A program made the position numbers and the translations under genes. From an uncultured delta proteobacterium (lineage in GTDB: Bacteria; Desulfobacterota; Binatia; HRBIN30; BPIQ01), in the NCBI GenBank assembly GCA_963761335.1, contig CAVXGR010000018.1:960001-1024000 (forward strand): 64,000 nucleotides of DNA. The letters run 5' to 3'. Below the pieces are notes generated by a model. It was not told the origin of the DNA. It saw only the letters and a program-made list of their open reading frames with translations, and searched no databases. This document shows positions 28,885-38,775 of this stretch, in pieces (position 1 is the first letter of the stretch; every line of letters starts with the position of its first letter).

Positions 28885-30186
28885 ATGGAAACATGTGACA
28901 TTGCGGTGATCGGCGGCGGGGCGGCGGGTCTGACCGCTGCCATCTTCGCAGCAGGTGGCGCCGATCGACGTCGGGCACGAGGAAAAGGGGGGATTCTCGT
29001 ACTCGACGGTGCCACTTCGATCGGCGCGAAGATTCTGGTTTCCGGCGGCGGTCGCTGCAACGTCACCCATCGCGAGGTGACTCCGCGCGATTTCAACGGA
29101 TCGCAAAGAGTCATCCGAAACGTCCTGGCGGCCTTCGACGTGAAGGCGACGCGCCTCTGGTTTGCTTCTCTCGGAGTGCGGCTGGAATGTGAGGCCGGCG
29201 GCAAGCTGTTCCCGGTCAGCCACAACGCACGCACCGTCGTCACGGCGTTGCTGCAACGCTGTCAGACAATGGGCGTCGAGGTACGGCCCGGGCACCGGAT
29301 CCGGGCCGTGCAGCATTCCCACGACGATGAGAGGCGCGCCCCTCGATTCCTGCTGAGGTATGATCGCGGCCAGATCGCCGCGGCGCGGCTGATCTTTGCG
29401 ACCGGGGGACGTTCGCTGCCGCGTACCGGCAGCGACGGCGGCGGCTGGGACATCCTGCGGGGGCTCGGGCACAGGGTTACCGCGACCCATCCCGCGCTGG
29501 TACCGCTGGTGTTGCGGCGCCCAATGTTTCACGCCGAGCTGTCGGGGCTGTCCGTGGAGGTCGAGCTCTCCGTCTTTGCCGACGGCAAGCGAATCGATCG
29601 ACGGCGCGGCAGCATGCTGTGGACGCACTTCGGTGTCAGCGGCCCCGTAGTCCTCGACGCCAGCCGTCACTGGGTCGCCGCCTGCAGCGACGGACACCGG
29701 GTGGAGCTGCGTTGCAATTTTCTGCTCGATCTCGACTTCGCGCGCACCGACGACTGGCTCGTGGACGCGGCTCATGCTCGACCGCGGCTCTCGGTCGGGC
29801 ACTGTCTGGCGACCCGGCTGCCGGAGCGTCTCGCGGCGTGCTTGGTTCGCGCTGCGTCGTGCGATCCCTCAACGCCCCTTGGCCAGATGACGCGACCGCA
29901 GCGACAGGCGATCGTGCACACGCTGACCGGCTTCCGTCTGCCTGTCGAGCGCGACCGGGGCTGGGATTTCGCCGAGGTCACTGCCGGTGGGGTGCCCTTG
30001 AGCGAAATCGACTATCGAACGATGGAATCACGACTCGTCCCCGGCTTGTACCTCGTCGGCGAGCTGCTCGACTGCGACGGGCGAATAGGAGGGTTCAACT
30101 TCCAGTGGGCGTGGTCGAGCGGCAAGGTGGCCGGTAGCGCTGCCGCGGCGGCGCTGTCGAGGACGTGCGCGAGCAGCCCGCCGTAG
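28885..30186 (+). CDS. HI0933/YhiN (BaiN-like) flavoprotein
   Basis: GGGAAG, KILVSGGGRCNVT, ATGGRS.P.TGSDG, VTAGGV, DGRIGGFNFQWAWSSG. Confidence 0.9.
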   Translation: METCDIAVIGGGAAGLTAAIFAAGGADRRRARGKGGILVLDGATSIGAKILVSGGGRCNVTHREVTPRDFNGSQRVIRNVLAAFDVKATRLWFASLGVRLECEAGGKLFPVSHNARTVVTALLQRCQTMGVEVRPGHRIRAVQHSHDDERRAPRFLLRYDRGQIAAARLIFATGGRSLPRTGSDGGGWDILRGLGHRVTATHPALVPLVLRRPMFHAELSGLSVEVELSVFADGKRIDRRRGSMLWTHFGVSGPVVLDASRHWVAACSDGHRVELRCNFLLDLDFARTDDWLVDAAHARPRLSVGHCLATRLPERLAACLVRAASCDPSTPLGQMTRPQRQAIVHTLTGFRLPVERDRGWDFAEVTAGGVPLSEIDYRTMESRLVPGLYLVGELLDCDGRIGGFNFQWAWSSGKVAGSAAAAALSRTCASSPP

Positions 30187-30215
30187 CGGTGTAACTCAAG
30201 CTACGGCAGGGTCAG

Positions 30216-30377
30216 CAGCCCGTTGAAAAAAGAAAGCGGCCACTGCGGGCGGGTCTTTTTCAGCAGCTCTTCGTTGCCGAATCCTCGAGAAAACCAGCCA
30301 GTGTGCCTCCGGTTTGGCGCCTCGATCTGGCGCAAAATCCCTCGCCCTCCCTACGCCGCCTGTTCTTCAACGGACTG
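30216..30377. mobile_element. MITE-like non-autonomous element with IS5-type terminal IRs
   Basis: CAGCCCGTTGAAAAA ... TTCTTCAACGGACTG, flanked by TCAG / CCAG; no ORF. Confidence 0.55.
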
Positions 30378-30680
30378 CCAGCCCGATATCTATCCGCGTA
30401 GAAGCACGTGCGTAGTAGTCCCAGCTTACGGCTCGTGCCGCGGCTTTGTATAAGCGCGCACAGCTATGGCAGCCCGCTGTATACGGTCCGCCGGAGGATT
30501 ATCGGGATGTGGCCATGGCGCCGGGAGGCGTCCGATATTGGGGCGTTTCGCCGAATCGGGCCTCATGCGGACTGATCCGCGGCCGTTTTGTTGCAAACTC
30601 GCGCGACTCGTTTGTGTTGTGAGACGACCTGTCGATCCGGGCACTGCGCTGTACGGACGGCATCCAAAGGGAGGGGATCC

Positions 30681-33355
30681 ATGAGAAACGTAGCGCGTTG
30701 GATGTCATTGGTAGTCTTCATGGAAGTGGTCATTGTTACAGGGTGCAATGAAGACTACGGGTCGACGCTTCCGCCCGTGGCGACGGCAACGGCGACGCCC
30801 GCGGTTGCGACCGCGGCGGCGCTTACGCCGACCTTGCCGGAGCCCCCGCCAGCGACGATGACCGAGCAGCCGGCGCGCACAACGACGCCAGTACCTCCCC
30901 TGCCGACGATGACCGAGCGTCCGGCGCGCACAGCGACGCCAGTATCTTCCCCGCCGACGGCTACCCCCGTTTGCTCAATCACGCCCGGAGCGCTGCCGTT
31001 TGAGCGCACGGAATGCCGCGCCACGTGTCAAAATTACGATCCACTCAAGCAACCGTTCTTCGGCGAGACGCACCTGCACACCGCGTACTCGTTCGATGCG
31101 TCCACCCTCGATACCCGCAACCTGCCACCGGACGCGTACCGGTACGCCAAGGGCGGTATGGTCGGCCTGCCGCCGTGGGCCGATACGCGCGGTGGCACGC
31201 CGACTCCGGGGTACATGGGTCCGACCGAGGTGACCGCGTTCCCCTACTGTCTCCCCGGCGAGGAGTGCCAGTACAGCGCGACGCGCAGCGCCCAGCTACC
31301 GCCGGGCCGGGCCCTCGACTTCGCCGCGGTCACCGACCACTCCGAGCAATTCGGTGAGAACAATATCTGCCTGTTCGAGGGCACCGAGCCCTGCACGTCC
31401 GATGGCGATTGCACGATGCCGGGCCAGGTGTGCAGCGCCCCCGACATCGGTCCCATCCAAGGCAGCGGTGTGTGTGTGCCGAACGGCTACAACGACCGGC
31501 TCTGCAAAGATGCGCGGCTCGGGTTGTCACGGCTGCGCAGCAGTCCGATTGCCGCCTACATCGCCGGCTTCGAGAACGTCAGCGAAAACCCCGCTCGGCC
31601 GCCTGAGCTCTGTGGGCCGGACGGCGAAGCATGCAGGTCGCAGGCGCGACTCGTCTGGCAGCAGATCATCAATGCGGCGCAGGCGGCCTACGATCACACC
31701 CCGGCGTGCACGTTCACATCGTTCATCGCATATGAGTACACCGCCATGGCCACCAACGGCCGCTGCAGCAGCGACCTGCTGCCGTGCTGGGAGGCGCAAG
31801 ACTGTAGCGGGCAGCAGACCTGCGATACCGACTTCCTCGGCAGCACGGGGGGGACAACCTGCATCGCAACATCATCTTCCGCAACGATGACGTCATCGAG
31901 CTGCCGCTCAGCAACCTCGAGGAGCCTCTCGCTTGCGGCGGCGACCCGTCCACGTGCAACACCTTGGGCCAGGTGGCGTCGCCGGCGCACATGCTCAGCA
32001 CGCTCCATGAAATGTGTCAGGATAACCCCCAGCATCCGCGCTGCGATGTCCTGTCCATCCCACACAACTCGAACATGAGCCGTGGCAGCATGTTCCTGAT
32101 GCCCGAAAGCGTCGAGGAGGCTCAAATCCGCCACGACATGGAGCCTCTGGTTGAGCTGATGCAGATCAAGGGTCAGTCGGAATGCCGCTACTCGCCGGAG
32201 ACCGGCACCTACTGGAGCCAATACCCCAACGCCGCCGACGAGCTGTGTGACTTCGAGAACATGAGCTACTCGCGTCTCAATGGCGCCTACGTACCGCCGG
32301 CTCAGCAGGACCGGGAGTGGCTGCCGCCGCGCGCCTATGTGCGCGAGGCGCTGAAGAACGGTATCCAGTACGAGGCGGAGCACGGCATCAATCCGTTCCA
32401 GCTGGGATTCGTCGGCGGCCTCGACAATCACAACGGCACCCCCGGGCAGAGTGAGGAGATCGACTACGCGCGGCACGGGGCGCACGGCATTCAGAGCTTC
32501 GCGGCATCGGGCGAGATTCTGAACGAGAAGAACTTCCTCGGCTTCGAGACCAACGGGGGGGCCCTGACGGTCGCCTGGGCGGAGGAGAACTCGCGCGACG
32601 CGATCTTTACGGCGATGAAGAATCGCGAGACCTACGCGACCAGCGGCACGCGTCCCATTGTCCGTTTCTTCGGAGGCTTCGATCTGCCCGCCGACATCTG
32701 CGGGACCGGGAACTTCGCGGCGCGTGGGTACGCCAACGGCGTGCCGATGGGCGGCTGCCTGCGCCGACACCCCGACCCCCTTGGAAAGTGCGCCACCGGT
32801 GCCGTCGGGCAGGCGCCCAGCTTCGCCGTGAACGCGATGATGGACATCGGCTGGCCGGGGCACCCGGGCACGATGCTGCAGCGCATTCAGATCGTCAAAG
32901 GCTGGGTGGATGCCGCCGGCGAGACCCACGACGCGGTGTACGACGTCGCCGGTGACGCCCACAACGGTGCGACCGTCGATCTGAAGACATGCACGCCGTT
33001 GGGCGACGGCGCTCCAACGTTGTGCGCGTCGTGGACCGATCCGGAGTTCGACCCGACCCAGAATGCCTTCTATTACGCCCGTATTCTGGAAAACCCGAGC
33101 TGCCGCTGGAATCAGTACTACTGCAATGCACGCGGCGTCGACTGCAGCCTGCCGATGGGCACCTGCAGCTCCGAGAGCGCCTCGAACGGCAGCGGCTGCA
33201 ACGGCAACGACGACTGTGGCGACGGCGGCGTCTGTATCCTGCCGGTCAGCTACACCCAGTACGAGTATCAGCAGTGCTGCAGTGATCTGGTGCCGAAGTC
33301 GGTGCAGCAACGCGCCTGGACATCGCCGATCTGGTACCACGCGAGTCCCTCATGA
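30681..33355 (+). pseudogene. DUF3604-family exported protein, frameshifted at a G7 tract (31847-31853)
   Basis: FGETHLHTAYSFDA, LDFAAVTDHSE, FIAYEYT in the first frame; NLHRNIIFR, IPHNSN, KGQSE, RETYATSG, FYYARILE, QRAWTSPIWY in the next frame. Confidence 0.8.
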
Positions 33356-34383
33356 TCGCGTCTGCCGGACATTGGCTGCGGCGCGCGCTGCGCCATCCGC
33401 TGGTTCATTTCGGAGCCCTTGGCGCCATCCTGTTTGCGTTGCGCGGCGGTTGGCAGCCGGCGGCCGATGGGGCGCAGGCGGCGGCGCCACGCCAGCAGAT
33501 CGTCATCACAAGCGAGCGTCTGCGCCTGCTGCAGTCGGACTTCGAGCAGCGTTGGGGTGCAGCGCCCAGCGCCTTGCAGTTGCGCGCCCTCGTCAACCAC
33601 GCCGTCGAGGACGAAATGCTCTACCGCGAGGCAGGCGTGCTGGCCTTGGGTTTCAAGGACGGCAGCGTGCGGCGGCGCTTGGTAGAAAAAGCACGCGTCG
33701 TCAGTCGGCACCCGGCCCGCAGCGAGGAAGAGCTGTACCAGAGCGCCCTCGCCCTGGGGCTCGACGACGACGTGATCATCCGCCGTCTGCTCGCCGAGAA
33801 GATGCGAATCGTCCTGCAGCACGATCCCAAGGACGGCCCGATCCCCGAGTCGGCGATGCAGGACTACCTCGAGCGCAACCGCGAGCGCTTCGTACAGCCG
33901 GAGGCGGTGACCTTGACGCAGATCTTCTTCAGCGCCAGCGCCCGACACGGCCACATGGCGGCGGACGCCGCCGCGGCGTTGGCGCGCCTGGGAACACAGC
34001 CGCCGTCACCCACGGTGATGCCGTTGGCTGATCCCTTTCCGCTCGGCCAGCAGCTACACGGGTACTCGTGGCAGCAGCTCATGAGCCGCTTTGGCAAGAC
34101 CTTCGCCGATGAGGTCTTCGCTCTCGAGCCACGCACATGGTCGGAGCCGATGGCCTCGCCGTACGGGCTGCACCTCGTGTGGGTCGACGAGCACCGGCCG
34201 GAGCGGCTGCCGCCACTCGCCGCGGTGCGCGAGCCGATCGCCTTGGCGCTGATGAAGCAACGCGACGCCGAGAACCTCCAGCGTGGATTGGAACGATTGC
34301 GCTGTCTATACGACATCCGTGTCGAGACAGCGCCGGCCGGCGTTGCGGCGGCTCCCGTGCAAAACACGGAGCCCGCCTCATGA
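33352..34383 (+). CDS. PpiC/rotamase-2-type peptidyl-prolyl isomerase-like protein
   Basis: PLVHF...EDEMLYREA...LGLDDDVIIRR...FG..FA...WSEPMASPYGLHLV; ATGA overlap. Confidence 0.75.
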   Translation: MIASAGHWLRRALRHPLVHFGALGAILFALRGGWQPAADGAQAAAPRQQIVITSERLRLLQSDFEQRWGAAPSALQLRALVNHAVEDEMLYREAGVLALGFKDGSVRRRLVEKARVVSRHPARSEEELYQSALALGLDDDVIIRRLLAEKMRIVLQHDPKDGPIPESAMQDYLERNRERFVQPEAVTLTQIFFSASARHGHMAADAAAALARLGTQPPSPTVMPLADPFPLGQQLHGYSWQQLMSRFGKTFADEVFALEPRTWSEPMASPYGLHLVWVDEHRPERLPPLAAVREPIALALMKQRDAENLQRGLERLRCLYDIRVETAPAGVAAAPVQNTEPAS

Positions 34384-35486
34384 GGTCGATGGCCGCAATT
34401 CTGACCGGGGTCGGCCGGCAGCGGCGGGCCGGCGGTAGCCCGCTGCCGCAAGAGCAAGCGACTGCGGCCGCCGGCATGCCCTCACGCCGCCACGCGCCGC
34501 TGCCGCACCGCGGTCTTCTCGGAAGAGCGGCTGTCCTCTCTCTCTGCCTGCGCGCCACAACGGCCTTCGGGCATCCGCTGGATCCGGCTGTGCTGGAGCT
34601 GCACGAACAGCACGTGGGGCCTACTGAGGTGCGCTTTCAGGCGCCATTGCCCTCGCTTCTGCGGCCGGTGTTGCCCGAGCGCTGTGTGCCACTGTCGGCA
34701 CCGGTCATCACGACGACGACACGCAGTGCGCTGCAGCGTTGGCAGGTGGATTGCGGTGCCCACGGTCTCGTCGGAGAGCACATCGGTGTGGATGGGCTGC
34801 GCGTCCGACAGACCGACGCGTTGGTACGCATCGAGCTGCGCGACGGCCGTCTGCTGCAGGCCGTACTGCGACCCGACGAACCGTTCATCACCATCCCGGA
34901 ACAAGCCGGCGTCGGCGCTGTGCTGCGGGGCTACCTACGGCTGGGACTGAGGCACATTCTGACCGGCCCGGATCATCTGCTGTTCATTGTCGGCCTGGTC
35001 CTGCTCGTGCGCAACCGCAGGCGCTTGCTCTCGATCATCACGGCCTTCACCCTCGGCCACAGCGTGACCCTGTCGCTTGCCGCGCTCGGGTTCGTGGACG
35101 TCCCGCCGCCGCCGCTCGAAGTGCTGATCGCTCTCAGCATCGTAGTGGTGGCCTTCGAGCTGACACGCGTTGCGTCCGGTCACGCAGCGGACGGGGCGAT
35201 GCCGGTGGGCATCGCGTTGAGCTTCGGTTTCCTCCACGGCTTCGGCTTCGCCGGCGCGCTGGCGCAAGTGGGGCTGCCGAGTGGGGAGATCCCGCCGGCG
35301 GTGCTGGCCTTCAACGTCGGCATTGAGGTCGGGCAGATTCTGCTGGTCGCCGTCACCCTCGCTGCCATTGCGGCGCTGCACGCATTGCCGATCCGTTGGC
35401 CCGCCGCGGCTCGGTTCGTCCCCGCGTACGCCATTGGTTCGCTCGCGGCCTTCTGGGTTTTCGAGCGACTCGCCGCGATCTTCTGA
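34380..35486 (+). CDS. HupE/UreJ family membrane protein; start uncertain
   Basis: GLRHILTGPDHLLF, TAFTLGHSVTL, FGFLHGFGFA, FNVGIEVGQ. Confidence 0.88.
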   Translation: MRSMAAILTGVGRQRRAGGSPLPQEQATAAAGMPSRRHAPLPHRGLLGRAAVLSLCLRATTAFGHPLDPAVLELHEQHVGPTEVRFQAPLPSLLRPVLPERCVPLSAPVITTTTRSALQRWQVDCGAHGLVGEHIGVDGLRVRQTDALVRIELRDGRLLQAVLRPDEPFITIPEQAGVGAVLRGYLRLGLRHILTGPDHLLFIVGLVLLVRNRRRLLSIITAFTLGHSVTLSLAALGFVDVPPPPLEVLIALSIVVVAFELTRVASGHAADGAMPVGIALSFGFLHGFGFAGALAQVGLPSGEIPPAVLAFNVGIEVGQILLVAVTLAAIAALHALPIRWPAAARFVPAYAIGSLAAFWVFERLAAIF

Positions 35487-35526
35487 CCGTTGCGGGTTGC
35501 CGGAGGGGATTGATCCGCCACTGTCT

Positions 35527-35609
35527 GACGGCCGCCCCGGGGCCTCTCCCACTCTTGCTTTCAGGAGGCCGGCCCGCGACAACACTCTCCGGGTCCACCA
35601 TGTCTCTGC
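35527..35609 (+). promoter_or_regulatory. Duplicated promoter/leader, copy 2
   Basis: Near-identical to 27458-27539. Confidence 0.65.
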
Positions 35610-37399
35610 TGCTCAGTTGCCAAGCCATCAGCAAGGCCTTCGGCGCCACGGTGCTCTTCGAGCAGCTCTCCCTCGGGCTGTTCGAGGGAGACCGCATCGG
35701 CTTCGTCGGCCCCAACGGCAGCGGCAAGTCGACGCTGCTGAAGATCCTCGCCGGGATCGAGGCGCCCGACGCCGGGGCGCGCTCGGTGCGCAAGCTGCTG
35801 CGAATCGGGTACGTGCCGCAGGAATCGAGCTTCGCTCCCGACCACAGCATCGAAGACATCCTGTGGGCGGCGCTCGCCGGCGATCGCCTCGATGCCGACG
35901 AGCGGCACGCGCGCGTCGGCGCGACGCTCGCCAAGACGGGCTTCCCCGACGTCCGGCAGAAGACGGCGACGCTGTCGGGCGGCTGGACGAAGCGCCTGGC
36001 GATCGCCTGCGCCCTGGTGCGCGACCCGGATCTGCTGCTGCTGGACGAGCCCACGAATCACCTCGATATCGAAGGCATCCTGTGGCTCGAACGGCTGCTG
36101 CGCGCCGATGCCGTGGCCTATCTGGTCGTCAGCCACGATCGCTACTTTCTCGAAAATGTCGCCAACCGCGTCATCGAGCTGAACCGCTGTTACGCCACCG
36201 GCGTCCTCGACACCCGTGGCACCTACAGCGACTTCCTGGAGAAGAAGGACGAGGCACTGCGCGGGCAGGAGCGCTACCAGGACGCGCTGGCGAACCGGGT
36301 GCGGCGCGAGATCGAGTGGCTCAAGCGCGGCCCCAAGGCACGGACGCGGAAGTCGTCGGCACGCATCGACAGCGCCGCCGGGCTGCAGGACGAGTTGGCG
36401 GCGGTCGCCCGTCGCAATGCGACGCGCTCGGTGCGCCTCGAGTTCAACGCGTCCGAACGCAAGACGAAACAGCTCCTGGTCGCCGAGCAGATCACCAAGC
36501 GCTTCGGCGCGCGGATGCTGTTCGAGTCCGTGAGCCTGACCCTGTCACCGGGCACCCGGCTCGGCATCCTCGGCCGCAACGGCAGCGGCAAGACCACGCT
36601 CGTGCGCGTGCTCACCGGCGAAGTGGCCGCCGATGCCGGCCGGGTCGAACGAGCCGAGGGGCTGCGCATCGCACACCTCGACCAGCAGCGCACGCAGGTC
36701 GATCCGAACGTCACCCTGCGCCGCGCCTTTGCGCCGCACGGCGATCAGGTCATCTACCGCGATCGGCCGATCCACGTCGCCGGTTGGGCGAAGCGCTTCC
36801 TCTTTCCCGCCGAGCAGCTCGAGATGCCCGTGGCCCGCCTCTCCGGCGGCGAGCGCGCTCGCCTGGCCATCGCCAAGCTCATGCTCCTGCCGGCCGACGT
36901 GCTGATTCTCGACGAGCCGACCAACGACCTCGACATCCCGACGCTGGAGGTCCTGGAGGAGAGCCTGCTGGATTTTCCCGGCGCCGTGGTGTTGGTGACC
37001 CACGACCGCTTCCTGTTCGAACGCGTCGCCACGCTCGTCCTGGCGATCGGCGACGCCGGCCGGGTACAGTTCTTCGCTGACTATCGCCAGTGGGAGGAGG
37101 CGCAGCGCCGCTCGAGCGCTGCGGTCGAGAAGGGCGCCGCGGCGCCGGCTACCCCGGCCAGGCCGGCCGGTGGCCGCAAGCGTCTCTCGTATACCAAGCG
37201 GCGCGAGTGGGAGCAGATGGAAGCCACGATCCTCGCCGCCGAGGAGGATCTCGACGCCCGTCGCGCCGCGGTCGAAGATCCGTCCATCGCGGCAAACGCG
37301 GCGCTGCTGCACCAGCGCTACGAGGAGCTGCAAGCGGCACAGGATCGCGTCGACCGTCTCTACGAGCGCTGGGCGGAGTTGGAGGCGGAGCAACAGTGA
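35600..37399 (+). CDS. ABC-F family ATPase (Uup-like)
   Basis: Two ABC domains (GPNGSGKST, LSGG, DEPTNHLD; GRNGSGKTT, DEPTNDLD), no TM segments, C-terminal coiled coil ending LYERWAELE. Confidence 0.9.
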   Translation: MSLLLSCQAISKAFGATVLFEQLSLGLFEGDRIGFVGPNGSGKSTLLKILAGIEAPDAGARSVRKLLRIGYVPQESSFAPDHSIEDILWAALAGDRLDADERHARVGATLAKTGFPDVRQKTATLSGGWTKRLAIACALVRDPDLLLLDEPTNHLDIEGILWLERLLRADAVAYLVVSHDRYFLENVANRVIELNRCYATGVLDTRGTYSDFLEKKDEALRGQERYQDALANRVRREIEWLKRGPKARTRKSSARIDSAAGLQDELAAVARRNATRSVRLEFNASERKTKQLLVAEQITKRFGARMLFESVSLTLSPGTRLGILGRNGSGKTTLVRVLTGEVAADAGRVERAEGLRIAHLDQQRTQVDPNVTLRRAFAPHGDQVIYRDRPIHVAGWAKRFLFPAEQLEMPVARLSGGERARLAIAKLMLLPADVLILDEPTNDLDIPTLEVLEESLLDFPGAVVLVTHDRFLFERVATLVLAIGDAGRVQFFADYRQWEEAQRRSSAAVEKGAAAPATPARPAGGRKRLSYTKRREWEQMEATILAAEEDLDARRAAVEDPSIAANAALLHQRYEELQAAQDRVDRLYERWAELEAEQQ

Positions 37400-37527
37400 C
37401 CCCAACCTGCTCCGACAGCCTCTGAAACCCCCGGCGAGCATGAACCAACACCCAACACCCATCCCCACGCCGCACCCTTGCTCCGCCGAAACGAGGCGGT
37501 TAGTTTGGCGCCGAGGAGAAAATCGAC

Positions 37528-38754
37528 ATGGGGACTGCCTACATCATCGACGCCGTGCGCACGCCGCGGGGCAAGGGAAAACCGAACGGGAAGCTCGCCG
37601 GCATTCACCCGCAGGAGCTGCTGGCGCAGGCGCTGAACGGCTTGCGGCGGACCGCGTTCGATCTCAACGACGTCGAGGACGTGGTCACCGGTGTCGTGCA
37701 GCAGGTCGGCGAGCAGGGGGCCTGCATCGGCCGCATGGGAACCCTGGCCGCGGGCTGGCCCAACGAGGTCACCGGCGTCTCCCTGAATCGCTTCTGCGGC
37801 TCCGGTCTGCAAGCGGTGAACTTTGCGGCAATGGGCGCTGCCAGCGGCATGCAGGATCTGGTGGTCGGCGCCGGTGTCGAGTCGATGTCGCGGGTGCCGA
37901 TGGGATCGGACGGCGGCAATCTCGACGGCAACAACCCGCATCTGCAGGAGCTGCACCCGATCGTCCCGCAGGGCATCTCCGCCGACCTGATCGCCACTCT
38001 CGAAGGCATCTCGCGCGAGGACTGCGATCGCTTCGCCTGGGAGAGCCAGCAGAACACCCAGCGGGCCGTGGCCCAGGGACGCTTCAAGAGCTTGATCCCG
38101 GTGAAGGACCTCGACGGCAACGTGGTGCTCGATCGGGACGAGTACCCGCGCCCGGAGACCAGCCTCGAAGGGCTGGCCGGCCTGGCGTCCTCGTTTGCGG
38201 CGATGGGACAGTTCGTCCCTCCGAACGGTGACGGCCTCAGCCTCGATGAGCGCGCCAAGAAGCGATATCCGCAGGTCCGGGAGCTGAACCACGTCCACAC
38301 CGCCGGCAACTCCTCGGGCATCGTCGACGGCGCCGCCGCGGTGCTGATCGCCTCGGAGCGCTACGTGAAGGAGCGCGGTCTGAAGCCGCGGGCGAAGATC
38401 ATCACCACGGCGACCTGCGGCGCCGAGCCGGTGATCATGCTGACGGCCCCGGTGCCGGCGACGCGGCGGGCGCTCGAGAAGGCGGGCATGACGGTTGGCG
38501 ACATCGACCTCTTCGAGATCAACGAGGCCTTCGCCGTCGTGCCACTCAAGGTGATGCGCGACCTCGGCATCGCCCGCGACAAGGTGAACGTCAACGGCGG
38601 CGCCATCGCCCTCGGCCACCCGCTCGGGGCCACTGGGGCGATGCTCCTCGGCACGGTGCTCGACGAGCTGGAGAGACAGGACAAGACCACCGCTTTGGTG
38701 ACTCTCTGCATCGGCGGCGGTATGGGCATCACCACCGTCCTCGAGCGGGTATAG
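37528..38754 (+). CDS. Acetyl-CoA C-acyltransferase (thiolase)
   Basis: [27 protein letters not shown]. Confidence 0.92.
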   Translation: MGTAYIIDAVRTPRGKGKPNGKLAGIHPQELLAQALNGLRRTAFDLNDVEDVVTGVVQQVGEQGACIGRMGTLAAGWPNEVTGVSLNRFCGSGLQAVNFAAMGAASGMQDLVVGAGVESMSRVPMGSDGGNLDGNNPHLQELHPIVPQGISADLIATLEGISREDCDRFAWESQQNTQRAVAQGRFKSLIPVKDLDGNVVLDRDEYPRPETSLEGLAGLASSFAAMGQFVPPNGDGLSLDERAKKRYPQVRELNHVHTAGNSSGIVDGAAAVLIASERYVKERGLKPRAKIITTATCGAEPVIMLTAPVPATRRALEKAGMTVGDIDLFEINEAFAVVPLKVMRDLGIARDKVNVNGGAIALGHPLGATGAMLLGTVLDELERQDKTTALVTLCIGGGMGITTVLERV

Positions 38755-38775
38755 TCTTCGCGCGACGGAAGGGGA

